Below, one piece after another: positions 13,301 through 26,136 of a stretch of DNA of 64,000 nt. Numbering within the stretch: the first letter of the stretch is position 1; the number at the start of each line of letters is the position of its first letter. The translations under genes were made by a program, and so were the position numbers. Location: NCBI GenBank assembly GCA_009103225.1, contig RHPI01001259.1, positions 211,203 to 275,202 on the forward strand. The letters run 5' to 3'. Source of the DNA: Chlorokybus atmophyticus (taxonomy: Eukaryota; Plantae; Mesostigma and Chlorokybus algae). The notes under the pieces were generated by a model that had not been told where the DNA came from, did no database searches, and saw nothing but the letters and a program-made list of their open reading frames with translations.

Positions 13301-14091
13301 CGGCCCAGCGATGGGGCTTCTCGCCTTGACGCGACGCATGTTGGTTCGCTATGCGCGCATCAGGCGACTGCTGGATAACGCTGGTGGAGGCGCAGCTGTT
13401 GCTGCTAGTGGTGATGTCGTTGATGATCTCGCGCACAGCAATGCCCTCTCGTCGTGCATGTGGGAGCTTGCACTCCTTGCGCGACATCACCACCCAGCTG
13501 TCGCCAAAGAAGCACGTAGTATCGCCGGCATTGGCGCCAGCGTGCAGGTGTGTGATGTGTGTTGCATCATTCTTGAAATCTGGCTTGAAATCTGCGCATG
13601 CATGCGTGTGCGAGTGCATGTGCGTGTGCGTGTGTATGTGCGTGTGTTGCACATCACTTTTGCAGATACATGTTGCGTCAGATTGCACCCCTTGACATCA
13701 TGCGGTTTATGTGTAGGATGTGCCCACCACGTCAACACCTGTAGAGGTCGCCAGACTCTACGACATATCCCATGGAGGATTCAGACCAGCACCCGACGCA
13801 CCGATGGCACGCAAACAACAGTCAACCAAGCAGAAGCACGCGCCTGTTCTTCAACCACTCAATGAAGAGCTCTCACCGCCAGGCGTGTCCACATACGACC
13901 CTGAAGAGTTGGCCCGCGGCTTCAGGCTGTGGTACCGTGATGCTAGGAGCCGCGCAGAAAGCAAGCAGCTGCTGCGTGAGTTGCAGCGGCAGCAGCGCAT
14001 GCTAGAGTTGTATCGCACGAGGGGTGTGAAAAGAAAGGTAGGAGACGTGAATGGTTTGACGCAAAGACACAAGAACGCGAGGACACTGTAA
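10380..14091 (+). CDS. NOC3: Multi-exon nucleolar complex protein 3 (NOC3/NOC3L)
   Basis: K/E-rich N-terminus, LAILSLAAVYCDICPGYRIRLPT...VSKEV, LPHFN, ALRRLFEADKRG, TLSAVFETYFRVL, ALNGLARLSHLISVDFMSD and LWELALLARHHHPAV. Last exon ends 14091. Confidence 0.9.
11448..11639. mobile_element. 192-bp foldback/MITE-like element with perfect 19-bp terminal inverted repeats inside a NOC3 intron
   Basis: TGTGATGTGGTCTTGCATG (11448-11466) is the exact reverse complement of CATGCAAGACCACATCACA (11621-11639). Internal related hairpins are present. No obvious target-site duplication. Confidence 0.45.
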
Positions 14092-15331
14092 CTGGTTTCT
14101 GTGTTGCCTGCCTTGTGGCCCTACAACATTGCATTGGGCTGAGGTGCCAATGTAATGGTTGACATCCAGCACTGTATTGTCGTACACCATGCATACACCG
14201 GTGTCCAGTCTGCAAGATGCAGTCAATGTTCTCCATGCCAAGTCGTATGCTCAGTTGCATGTTAGTGCCACTCGTCAGCCCCCAATCACCAACAAAACAC
14301 AGCTGCACGGTAATCCTTGATCACATGGTAGTGTGCAGTTGTGTGCATGTGCTCGAAGCCCTGCTGTTGCTGTGCGCGTCAATGTGCATGTACTGCGAGT
14401 GGCAGCAATCATAGCCGATCAGTTGGGGACAGGGTGGACTGCAGCGGCAGTGATATTGAGTGACCAATGCTTAGCATTTCATCCATGATCAACGTGTCTT
14501 GTTACCAATTGTTGGGTGATTGTGTAAAAAAAGCAAAGAAATAGTTTGCGCAGACGGACAGTATGATGCATACCGATGTAATGCGTGCTTGGTTGGTTGG
14601 TAAGCAGAAAACCATGGAGCAACATGACTATCCCAAACCCCGCATTGGGGAAAGATTGCAAAGAAAGATATAGTGCGAACTAGATAAATGCTTGAAACTG
14701 CACAATGTGATACCCAACAACGTCAACAAATTAACCCATTATTGAGTGCAAGCATTGGAGCAAAGTGCAAGACATGGTAAACAACTAGAGTGCTGCCAAT
14801 ATTACTGGCAGTAGCAAGCAGTACAACAAGACCATGCAACATGCCCGGATCTGGTGCGTATTATATATACAAAAACTAACAGCAAAATCGTCACACCAAG
14901 CTATGCACTGTCATCCCTGCCCATCATCGCACAAGCATACTCACACACATGTCAGCGGCATGCAAGCACGCGTATTGCTTGGATGTCAATTCCATTACCT
15001 GAGTGATTAAGCCAATATCCATCCCATACAACAGCTACGCAGTTGTACTAAACCCATTGTCGGATGGTTGTTCAGAGTGTAGATGTGGTCAGCACCACAT
15101 GCACAACAGGTATGCATAGTCATCATCTGCATAGACAATGCTGACATACAAGCATCAGAAATACATGTAACAGACGCAATATCAGAGCAAAAAGAAGTAC
15201 CCATCACTATTATTCATACAATCCAGTATAGCACTGGAAATGGTCACTAATCCAATTTGTGAGCTAGGATGCTTATAGGGCTGCAATATACAGGTTTAAA
15301 AAAGGGTGCATTCACTACAATCCTAACCACT

Positions 15332-18300
15332 TCAGTAGCTGGTGACCACCTGGCGAAGCGGCTGAAACTGCCTCCTGCGGCGGCGCACTCTGCGGCTGTC
15401 TTGCGCAAGCAGGGGCGCATCCTCCGGGCGGCAGTGCAACGTGTTGGGGAGCGCTCCCCCCGCTTTGCGCACCAAGCCATTGCCAGCAAAGATCCAGTGC
15501 GCTAAGGCCAGCACTGCATCAATCTTCTCATCCCGCTTCGGCCTAAGGGCCGGGCGGGGCTGAGACGCCGCAGCATCAAGGAAACGCTCTGTTGCAGCCT
15601 CCCACGACAATGCGTGCTGCTGCTCAGGGGTGAGAGGCGCCGGCAAGGTGGACATGGCAAACTCCATCTTGGTCTTGAACTCCTCTGGAGTCTGTGGAAC
15701 ACAAGCCTCACATAAGTAACATGCACTTCCATGCATGGTGCAACGCATTTCACAGTTGCAAATATCCACTAAGTACACATGAAAGATGATCATGCCCAAA
15801 TGCCATGTATTGTTACACTGTATCAGGCAATAACCACCATGCACTCTGGATCAACATACCTTGAAGGTCAAGCAGTTGGGGAATGTGGAGGCAAAGAAGG
15901 CATTGCTGGGGTGATCAGCGACAACTGCCCATTTGCCCATAGCCAACGCTTCAGCTGTGGTTGTGCACAGCACATCGGAGATGCTGGGGTTGACGAAGAT
16001 TTTGTAGTTATGCAAGGTCGGGTCCGCATGGTCGCGTGGACCGTGGAACTGCAGCTTGAGCTGCTTGGCTTTGGCGGCATCCTGCACGGCCTCGAAGTCC
16101 GGGCCATGGCCAAAGCAGTCTACCTGCATTTCCTCGGGCAGCATCTCCATCAGCTCCTTGTAGCCCTTGCTCCACAGCACTTTGCCGATGAAGTACGCGC
16201 CATTGGGAAATTGCCTGTCTGCAGCTCGCTGGACGCCAACATTGATGAATGCAGGGCACACCCCATGCACGTTTTTCACCATGCTGCGCGCAATGTCCGC
16301 CTGCGTGGCTGCCGACAACCGGATAACCTGTTGCGCCACAAGCGTAGAGTCAGCCAGGCGAATTGTAACCAATGATTGTACAGTCTCTGCCAGACAACGC
16401 ACTGCGCCATACTGCTGAAACACATTTGCTTGCACACTGGCAAGACCGGTTGCCGCCCACTGACACTCAACCCTTAGCAAACTGAGCACACACACTAAAC
16501 ATGCACACACCTGGTTGCAGTGTACACGGCAGACCCAGCGATTGACATGGCGGAGCAAGAAGGCGCGCAGCTTGCCATGGGGCTCACGGCGCACATATTC
16601 CAGATAGTTGGTGTGCAGGATGCCAACAACATGGTCAAAGCGGTCCGTCCAGCGGGTGCCATGGTGATACCATGTGAGATGCTCAGGCTCTTCCAATACG
16701 GCCACATCTGAGATGCTGCGCGGGATGCATTCCGTGATGTCTCCAATGGGGAGGATGCTTCCCTTCTCCTTGGCATACTTGCCGGGATAGAAGCGAAGCT
16801 TCAGCTTGTCCACAGCAGCAACGGCCTTCTGATCCAGTGCAAGGCGTTGGCGCAGCCAATGCTTGACAAAATCCTCCTGCTCTTGTGGAGACTGGAATGT
16901 CATGCCGTTAGGGAAAATTGCAGCCTGGTCTTCAGAGGACAGCCACGGGACAACGAGCGTGACATTGCCATGCGTTTGGGCAAGGTGAGCCGCCCGCAGC
17001 ACCGGGTTGACAGCAGTGCCTGTCATCCATGGGAGCGAAGCTGTTGTGACAATAGCAACAGAAGCTGATGGATCTCGGATGGTGCGAGCAAAGCGCTTTC
17101 TTTCCTTGCGCAGCTGCTGGCGCCTGCCTGGCACAAAGCGAGCAAACCAATCATCCTCATCATCATAATCCTCCTCCTCCTGACGCTCGCCATTGCTTCT
17201 CTGAGGTGATGTCGGGAGTGAGCGCGCCTTACGACCGCCCCACAGCTGCACCCACAGCTGGGCAACTCCATCCTCCTCCTCCACACGCTTACGAATGTAT
17301 GACACAATGTCCAACGCAGGAGGGGGAGAAGGCTGCTGTGTTGACGTGCTGTTCAAGAGACTTGCCACGCCTGGCACTGCGGCAGCAGGCAACCGCAGGC
17401 GCAATGGTCTTGGAGATGAGGGTGGAGGCAAGAGCGAAGTGCAACCCAACACAGCGTCTGCAGCTGAAGCTGCTGATGGCGCGGGTGGACCAGAGCCAAA
17501 CCCACGACCCCAACCGAGTACATGTTCGTCAGGCTCTAACTCCTGTGGGTCAGGACGCTCTGCCAAGCGCTGGTGTGCTTCCCGTGCTGACAGCACCAGA
17601 CCACGGACAGCCCCACGAACGTCACCAGTGCTCCTGCACACGCGGAATCAACATTTGCATACTTGCCAAATAAGCCAACAACAAAATGACCTAAGCTACA
17701 TAATCTAGGACACTGTGAGTCACAGTTCGTAACACAAACACACAGAGTAAAGCAGCTTGCTTGCTGGCCACGTAGCTGACCTGGGCATCCAGCATGCATG
17801 TAACCAGTCCACGAGTCCATTCTCACATTTGACATGTAAGGTAACCAGACAATGTCGGCACAGTAAACACCCAAGCACCCATGGTGTGCAAAGCTGCTTG
17901 CTTGCTGGCCACGCTGCCAGCCTGGGCCATGCTGGTAAGCCGTGAAACGCACCTTGAGCGTCGCATCAAAGAAGACGCAGAGGAAGGAGGAGAAGGTGTC
18001 GGAGGAGAAGGAAGAGGGCGAGAAGGACCGGAGCTTCTGGCTCCAGCCTGGTAGCCGCTCATGCGCCTGAGGGCGTCCTGAACGGCCATAGGAGCGGAGG
18101 TCGCGGCGGTGCTGGCCGGCACGGACACCGCCCAAACCTGCATCTCCTGCTCCAGGGAGTTCACCAGGCGGCGCACCCCAGACGTCACCCGCCTCTGCAG
18201 CTGGGCGGCGGCTGGCTCCATGGACGCCCGAAAACTCAACGCCTGCCCCGCCGCCGCCGCATGTTTGGTCATGCCCAGGAAGGACAGTGGGTTGCCGCTC

Positions 18301-18390
18301 CCGTCCGGACCCCCACCGCCCATCCCAACACCCATGGCGACCATCTCGCCCACAACGCCACCGCCACCGCTGCCACAGCAGGCACACTAA
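15332..18390 (-). CDS. DGD1: Multi-exon digalactosyldiacylglycerol synthase (GT4), DGD1-like with long N-terminal extension
   Basis: [124 protein letters not shown] and [11 protein letters not shown]. The start codon is uncertain. Confidence 0.92.
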
Positions 18391-18650
18391 ATCACAGTGT
18401 GGACACTCTGCACTGTGGCAGCTGCAATGCTGGCTGGCCAGCTTTCAAACTGTCGAACTGGCAAACGGAAAATGCGAAAATCGGCAGTTCGGAACCAAAA
18501 CGAATTCAAGTCTTCATGATGTACCGCGAGAAAGGGACGATTGGCAGTCACGAAACCCCTTTGCAGTTGTCACATGCTCATGCATGCAACAGAAACCGAC
18601 TGCTCGCGTGCGCCGCGTGTATCGCACCGGGCATCGTATCGGCTCTGCAC

Positions 18651-18661
18651 AATTAGGGTTT
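18651..18661. promoter_or_regulatory. Telo-box-like motif (TTAGGGTTT = AAACCCTAA) upstream of DGD1
   Basis: Exact AAACCCTAA on the minus strand. Similar motifs at 10311, 24373, 37651, 38010 and 61951-61998 lie in or near gene 5' regions. Function is inferred from plant telo-box knowledge. Confidence 0.4.
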
Positions 18662-21600
18662 GGTGCATAAACTCGCAGAGTAGGTAATTAGGGGCTGACT
18701 TGTGAAATCGCCTGACAATGACGCTGTCTGAGGTTCTGTGCTCATCTCCCGGGCTAGCGCGCTGAGATTGGTCGAGGGTCGTCTAGGACGCGGTTCGCAG
18801 CTTTGCGCTTGCAGTCACCTTCTGCAGGATATCACTAGCTTTGCCCTGAGGAACAGCTCCCATGCACAAAAGAAGCGTTGACATCAGTGTTTACGAGGCA
18901 AAGGGATATTTATTTCAAGTCTTAGAAAATCGCGAGAATGCTCCAGAGTAAGGATTTGTGGTGTACCCTGTGTCTGCCATATCCGATGACCGGTGCGATG
19001 TACCCAGGTGCCGTACCCGTCGCTGACCGGTCCGGTACCGGCGGTGACGGACGGTACAGTGTAGTAGGATGCCAGCATGGTCGGAACGGGAAGCGAACGA
19101 GACAAAATTTTAGACCTCGGTTGGAAGTTATTAAATCTTATTTACACGCCGGAACTACACACTGTACAGATGTTTGCACCTGGCGGCCAGATTCTGGGAT
19201 CAACAAGTTGACTTGGAGCGCAAGTGAGCAGTTGCGACGATGCTTTGACTGGCAACGTGGCGATCACTGCTTGCCGAGCAGTGTGATCACAGGGTGTAAA
19301 TGTATACAACTCCTTTTACACGAAAACACATTTCCTGTATTTTGTTTATAGCTACAATGGGGAGAAGCCTGCTATGCAAACATACATGTACATACACCTC
19401 CCTTGCTACCCTTCTGATGTTGTTGTGGTAATGAATATTGACATTAAGCATACGCTTTGTGCGTCAGGTCTGCTACTTGCACTTGCTTTGCTCCTTGCTT
19501 GCATATCCGCCTTCGCGTTATATGCACTTAACCACAAACATACACCTAGACCCCTTGTCGCTGGTAAGTGGTTGAGTGGATGCCCATATCTCTGTGTGTA
19601 CAAAAATTGCAAGTAATCATGTTATATGCAACATGCATGACACATGCATTGTTCACAAAACTCACCATCATGCAATGATTATTTACCACCGGGGTCTACC
19701 TCCACTAGCCACACCTAGCTATCGTGACTCCTGCCTCAAATTCCCATCAGACATACATGCATGTGTGTCTGACAATTACCTGCACGCGTGTGCAGCCAGT
19801 TGGTCTTGCAGTTCTTCGCAGCAGCAATAAGCTTGAGCAGCAGACGAGCTCCCACTCCCCCCCTCTTCCGTTCGCCTTCACCCACAGCCTCACTCCCGCC
19901 ATTCCCACGCAGCGCTGCATGCTGGTACCCTTGTTGAGGGCCCCTCAGCCCCGCCCCTCAGCCCCGTCCCTCAGTCCCGCCCTTGTGCCCAGCCCTTGCG
20001 CTGTCGGCACCGGTGCTATCGTACTAGCAGCTGCTGTATGAGCCGGTTAGGCACTGCCACTGGGCTTCAGTGGTGGGGTTGGCCTGTTTTTGCCGTTTTT
20101 GCCGAGCACGGGCAAGCAGCACTACCAATAGCCTAATTCTCATGCATATATAACGTCTTTCAGTCCTTTATTCTACGGTCTGCACGCAAGGTTGCGTACA
20201 GTATGCATCTGTCGCCGCTGCTTCTTCACCACTGTCATGTACAATAGCTTTTGTGGTGTATAGTACATACGTGTCACTTCGTCCAAGCCTTTGCTGCAAC
20301 TTCGCTAGCAGCTTCTGCATCGATTAGCCATTGCTTTGCATGGTTAACAGCAACTCCGCCACAGCCGTCACGAAGTGGGCCTTGTACGTACACACGCGGA
20401 CTTAGCGTGCGTAATGTGAGTCAATGACGCCTAATTTTGTAATCTTGGACGGCGTGTTTAAGGCCGGAAGTGGTGCTTTATGGCGTGGTATGGCGCTGTA
20501 GGGTGGCAACGCTGCTTGCTGTATAACTTGTTGCAGATGCTACCCTCCGTTTGAAACAGCGTCACATTCAAGAAGGGCAGCGCAATACTTCACGCAATTT
20601 GTGTGACAAAGAGGTTGTCTTCCAAGTACACACCTCCTCTAGGCACATGCGCACCCGCGCCATCAATGGACAGCAAATGTGCTATTATGTGTATAGGATA
20701 TGCTCGAGGCAGTGTTGTACATGCATTATGCAATGGCACATAAGCGCACACACAAACAGCATGCAAGCATGATCATATGCCACCACCGGGCCAACATCTA
20801 CTGCTGGATGCTACTTAACACGCTACACTACCCCAGACCTCCCCCTTAGACATGCATACATGCATGTTAGTGTCCGTTACCTGCACATGCAGTGTGCTTG
20901 TGTGTGACAATTCGTGCAGCAGCAGCACTTCCGGTCATCCTATGCAGTTACAATGCATACTTCCCCTTATGCTTTCATTCGGATAGGACTCATCTAGTTG
21001 ATAGCTAAACATGACTCATCAACGCGTATTGTTAGCATTTTCGCATGCACACAGTCTACTGTAGCACTAATACTGACGGCGGGTTGCATGCACAACAATG
21101 ATCACGATCAACCAACTTAAACATAATCCGTGCATGCGAATATGCCGCAGCTTGCATTTTCGCATGCGCAGGCTACTCGGTGCTGCGGCAGCAAAGACAG
21201 CAATGACAAGCTGCATACAGCTTAAAAGTGCAAAGTGTGAATTTGTGTGAAAACAGGTTCCTAAGGCACACAAGCAAGCGCAATAGCAATACAAGAGCAA
21301 CAGAAATTGAGGGCTTTAAAGCATAGCTAGGTGTATACACACGACATTGTTGCGCAATTGCGTACAATATGCATTGCTGTATTTGCAAGAAACATGACAA
21401 GCATTGTATATGCATGCACTTACCTTTCCATAGCACAATCAGCGCAGTTACAACCACCAACTACACACACCTCTAGCTACGTATCTTTACTACTGCCCTT
21501 AACCTTGTTAAACCATGCATGCACGCCACAAATGCCTGCCCACATGGCCTGATGTCAGTTGCAGTCAATGACGGCAGCGATATTATGCAGACGAGCTGGA

Positions 21601-22308
21601 CTCCCTCCCTCTCGCACTCTCTCTCTCTTCCTCTTGTTGTTCTCTCCTCTCCTCTCCTACCCAAGCCTGGCGGGCGCTGGTAATTAGAATGTGTAGTATC
21701 AACGTCAGTAGTGCTAAGTGCTGCACGCACAGCTCCGGCACTGGAGCAGTCAGTGCGGCATGTCTTGACGGCTGTCATGACGTTGGTAGGGGTTTGGGGT
21801 GGGGGTTGTGTGCCCAACTAGCGCAGCAGCAACGTCTGAGGTCTGAGGCTGCGACTGCTTGCCAATGTTTCTATCTCACTTTGTTTCAGTTATGATTCAG
21901 TGATGGTGTGTTGCAGATGTGTATGCCTGATTGGCCATGGACTCCTTGAGATATAATCCGTAGTAGAACATATTATTGCCATTAAGCATCAGACATGGAT
22001 GTGGCTTCCTGTATTGTAGAACTCTGCTTGGAACCCTCTACCATTAGCATGCACTTGGTGACATAATATAGCAAACATAGGATTTTAACATGAAAAGCCC
22101 TGCACTGCATCAATTGCAGGCTGAGAGAGTGTGCGCATGTGCTTCCTATCTGGTACCAAATGCAGGCTTGTATGGTGCGTTAAACAGAATGAATCATAAA
22201 ATACATGTCTGGCACTGTCATGCACAACCTGCAACAAACAGACGATCACCGGAGCAGCAGATTCACCACAAATGTCACAGTATCTTCAACCCCAATGTTG
22301 AATGCAAC

Positions 22309-23983
22309 TCAGCCTGGAAAACCGTTACACAGTGATACAGCGTTGCCTACCAGCTGGCGTCGCATTTGCGCCCCTAGCGTGTCTCGAAACACCGCCTCAC
22401 CTTTCCGTATGAGCTCCGAAGCTGACAGCCCAACATATGCTTTTGTGCGCGCTTCACCTGCGATGTGTTTCAGGACAATATTGCAGTAACGTTTCTGCTG
22501 AATCGCAGCACCAACGATACAATGCCACGAACGCTTAGGCTGAACACACACTGGTATGCATAAGCTCCATTGCATTGCAACATCAAAGCAACCTGTGGCA
22601 TGCACGCAGCGAGTAGTAACACAGCAGTAGTAATACACTTCTAAGTGGCAAGCTCCTACCTTTCTGAGGTGCTTCACGCGACCTTGCAACAGCCTTCTCT
22701 GTTGCAAGCAGACCCACCATGTATGCGCATACATGATCGTGCTTTGCGCCCAAACGGATGTTGAGAGCGCGACCCATAGCAAACCAGTAGTTGTCCGTGT
22801 GGTCAGCGCCGCCGTTGTCAACGGAGACTATGTGAAGGATGTCCTGATCCTGCGTGCATAATGCAGATTGCAGCAAACAGAAAGGCAGAAAGGTGCAATG
22901 CTTGTGCGTCATGCACACAACACCTGAAAGAAGTATGATAGCATTATGCTCTAGATACCAAGGCGAACAAGGGTCCAACAAGGGGCCTTGGGCTGGTATG
23001 CTACGCAATGCATGGCACAGCAACCCGCTATGTACCTGTTGCACATCAAGGCCGTGCGCCTTCAGGCGGCTGCGATATGTCTTTCTGCTCATGTACCCAT
23101 CAAGCGGTGGCAGAGCGAAACATCGCTTGTTTGTGCCGATAGACCTCACTCGGACTTGTACCGACATCACAGCGTTAAGCCCAGGAGGATGTGCACTAGC
23201 CATAACATGCGGGCTGGTACTGGTGCTCCTGCTTTCCTTTACATGCGTGGTGGCACTGCCCTCACTAGCAGTACTGGCGCCGACAAAAATACTACTTACC
23301 GCTGTGCCATTGTTCGCAGCGGCAATGCTTCTAACGTCACCAACTACGTAAGTATCACTAATAATGGAGTTTTCTAGCCTATCAGCGCTAGCAGGTCCAA
23401 CAGTGGTTGCCTCAGCACCTTTGTTATCACGGGGCTGAGAGTTCAATACTGGGTCATGTTCTGAATCAGATGATGGTGGAGCCTTGTAAGCTTGCTTCCA
23501 TGCAAGCAACCACTCTACCAGCTCCTGTTTCGAAAGGCTTGCATTCGCCAACCCTCGTTGACTGCAAAGCTCTTGAAGCTCCACTAAGTCCCTCTTCAGC
23601 AGCCGCGCGTGCGTCATCCACTTTAGGTCGTAGCGCACTTGCTTCGCGCTGCCACCAGCTGTCCAGCACATGTGCATACAAGTCAATGCCACAATCACCC
23701 TGCAAGCTGGCTCCGGGCGATGGGTGTGGTTGTGAAGGTAGCAATGCAACAAACACTCACCATCTGTGCGCACGGTGGTGCCTGATTGTGATGTCGAGCC
23801 GCAGGCAGCTTCCTCAACAGCATCTACAGCAAAACTTGGCTCGCATGTCTCGCTCTTGTGCAAAGCATGAATAGCCTGCTTCGACATGGCTTTGCTTGCT
23901 GTTGTCTTTGCCATGCCCCCTGCTTGCAAGAGCTGCCTGTAGAGTAGTTGTTCAGTTTGCATGTTGAAAAGCTGCCAAGACAC
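22309..23983 (-). CDS. Hypothetical multi-exon protein with a SAP/Rho-N-like helix-extension-helix motif; 5' end probably near 24500
   Basis: Long ORF containing LKRDLVELQELCSQRGLANASLSKQELVEWLLAW, a low-complexity linker and an unrecognised C-terminal region (DQDILHIVSVDNGGADHTDNYWFAMGRALNIRLG...; YCNIVLKHIAGEARTKAYVG). Confidence 0.45.
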
Positions 23984-26136
23984 TCTTAGGCATGCGGCCG
24001 GCAGCAGTCATAATGTCTGTAATGAAGTTTTTGCGCAACTTGCTGAAAAGCGGTGTATGTGAAGTGCAATTGAAGCATACAGTGGTAGTGGTAGCACTTG
24101 TAAAGGTTCTGCCAAGGTGTAAGATGTCAACAGTAAGCGCCACTGTACCAGTGGTAACTTAAGATAGGGTGCTTCCAATCACCAAGTGCAATGCACAGCA
24201 ATTCATAATGCAGGCAATCCAATGCTAGCTAGCTTCATTGCACCATGCAAAGGTGACAAATAGCGCCTTACCTCTACAGGTGAGGCGGCATTAGTCAGCT
24301 ATCTGCCAACGTTTGACCAAAACCAATCTATCCCGAGCCAGGGTCTCAGCGATCCACGGCCCGGCGCCTCAGAACCCTAACTCCAGACCAGCTGCGACAA
24401 GCCGCCGCCGCCGCCGCCGGACACCTCGTCAGCAACCCGATCAAGCGCACAAAGACGAGGACAATAGCATGCAACCACGCTTCTCCATGCCAGTACTCTC
24501 CGCCTGGACTTCCTCCTCCTCCTCCTCCTCCTCCGCCACCGCCGCTTGGTCGTGGCCGAGAGAGACAGCCCGGGCAGCCTTAGGCAAGACTGAACCGATT
24601 GTAAGCATAACTGGCCGGTTCATTCAGTTTCCGGTCGTGTGTGGGGCCCACGCCCCAAAACTGCATGGCCCGCCCCACGACTCTTGGTGGGTACCAAACC
24701 GAACCTGGTTAGTATACATGTGCCAAACCGATATCGCCCCTGCCGGCCACCAGATCTGCGGCAGGTAGCCAACGTTACTGACACTGCGCTTGAAGGCAGG
24801 TTAGCAGCACTGGGTATTACAGCGCTAGGACCGGTTACCGTCGTGGTGACTAAACTAATCATAACGCAAAGTAGCTACCGTAACGTACGTGGCCGCCGCA
24901 TGAATTGTGGCAGAGTACCACAATTCCACAATGCCACATGCTACATGCACGCAAAGTGTTAACGAGCGTAGGCGCTACGGTGGATCTTTGCATTAATCAT
25001 TGAGCAACCAAGTAATCACTAGGAGCTACACACAGTTTGCAGCTCAATGATGGTACTCAGTGAAGGTAGTCGAGGTAGGTTGGGGTTGATGCCTAGTTTG
25101 ACAGAAACATCTACCTTGATCATGGCAACATCAGTCGTTAATATTGAATCATCGTCAGATGGCGCCGCGGGCCGAAGTGTTGTTACTGTCAGCTTGCTGA
25201 GCAGCGCCGCGGCGGCAGTTGCGGCACAGCAGTTAGCAGCCGCTAGAATAGGGCACCTAAACTAGGGCACTTGACCCTAAATTAGGGCACTTTATTGGGG
25301 TGAAAAGCAAACGTGCGGTGGGCTGGGAAAGTGACACAGCGCGCAGAGGCGATTGCCTGGCAAAAAACGCGACATGTGCCGTACCTAACCAAGCAGCAAA
25401 CTAGTAGCGCTGCGCCACTAGCGCAACTTAACCGAGCACACAAGCAGCCGCTTTATCGTGAGTGGCGTTGCTGTGGTGGTGCTGGGCGTGGGCGGCAGTG
25501 TGGAGCGGAGGCGGGGTGTTGGCGGGCATAGCTGTGCGAGGCGACACAAACTCGGAGCGTTGGGTTGGGTTGGGTTGAGTTGGGAAGAGGTGGCGGTGGA
25601 GGCGGCGGCACCTGCCAGTTTTGGTTTGGCTGCTTGGGTGCGAGGTCTGCGGTGCTGCGTGGCTGGTTGCGCAGGTGAGCTTTGAGGGGTGTTTGCTTGG
25701 GATTTAAGAACTATGCTATTTGCACGCTTGCAATGGCTCTGCACAACTTTTACAAGCTTTAAGTAGCTGGCTCTCAGAATGCATGGGCAATGTTGGCTTA
25801 GGCGCATGCTGACATGAGACGCATGAACACGCATTCCTGCCGAGCTCTTTTCATACACGCAGTCAGCCGTACAATACGCTTACAGCATGGCTAGTGTAGT
25901 GCGTTGCTGTGACAACCGGTGACCATGCCAATCAGGCAGACTCTGTGCAGGCCGCGCAAGCTGTCATGGAGGCGGTGGTCGTCTCTCGACGGCTGCTTGG
26001 GCTCATTGATGCCATAGCGGAAAGCCCTAGTTGCAATGGCAGCTTTTAGCCATTGATGCCAAGCGCTCCTCGCCCAAACTCTAATCTCTGCTCCCCTCTC
26101 AAGCCCATCTTGCTGTCGGCGCCGGCTTTCGCTGCC

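Noticed and set aside
16328-16510. 61-aa 'insertion' in DGD1, and the similar 73-aa one in SAM50 (2138-2356)
   Set aside because: Both are GT-AG introns of length 3n that happen to lack stops; removing them restores the conserved peptides (HCNQ|VIRLS; TYVQ|GGEG). Read-through is common in these TG/CA-rich introns.
19350-22300. Protein-coding gene in the gap between DGD1 and the SAP-like gene
   Set aside because: Only short ORFs with no recognisable motifs or coherent exon chain.
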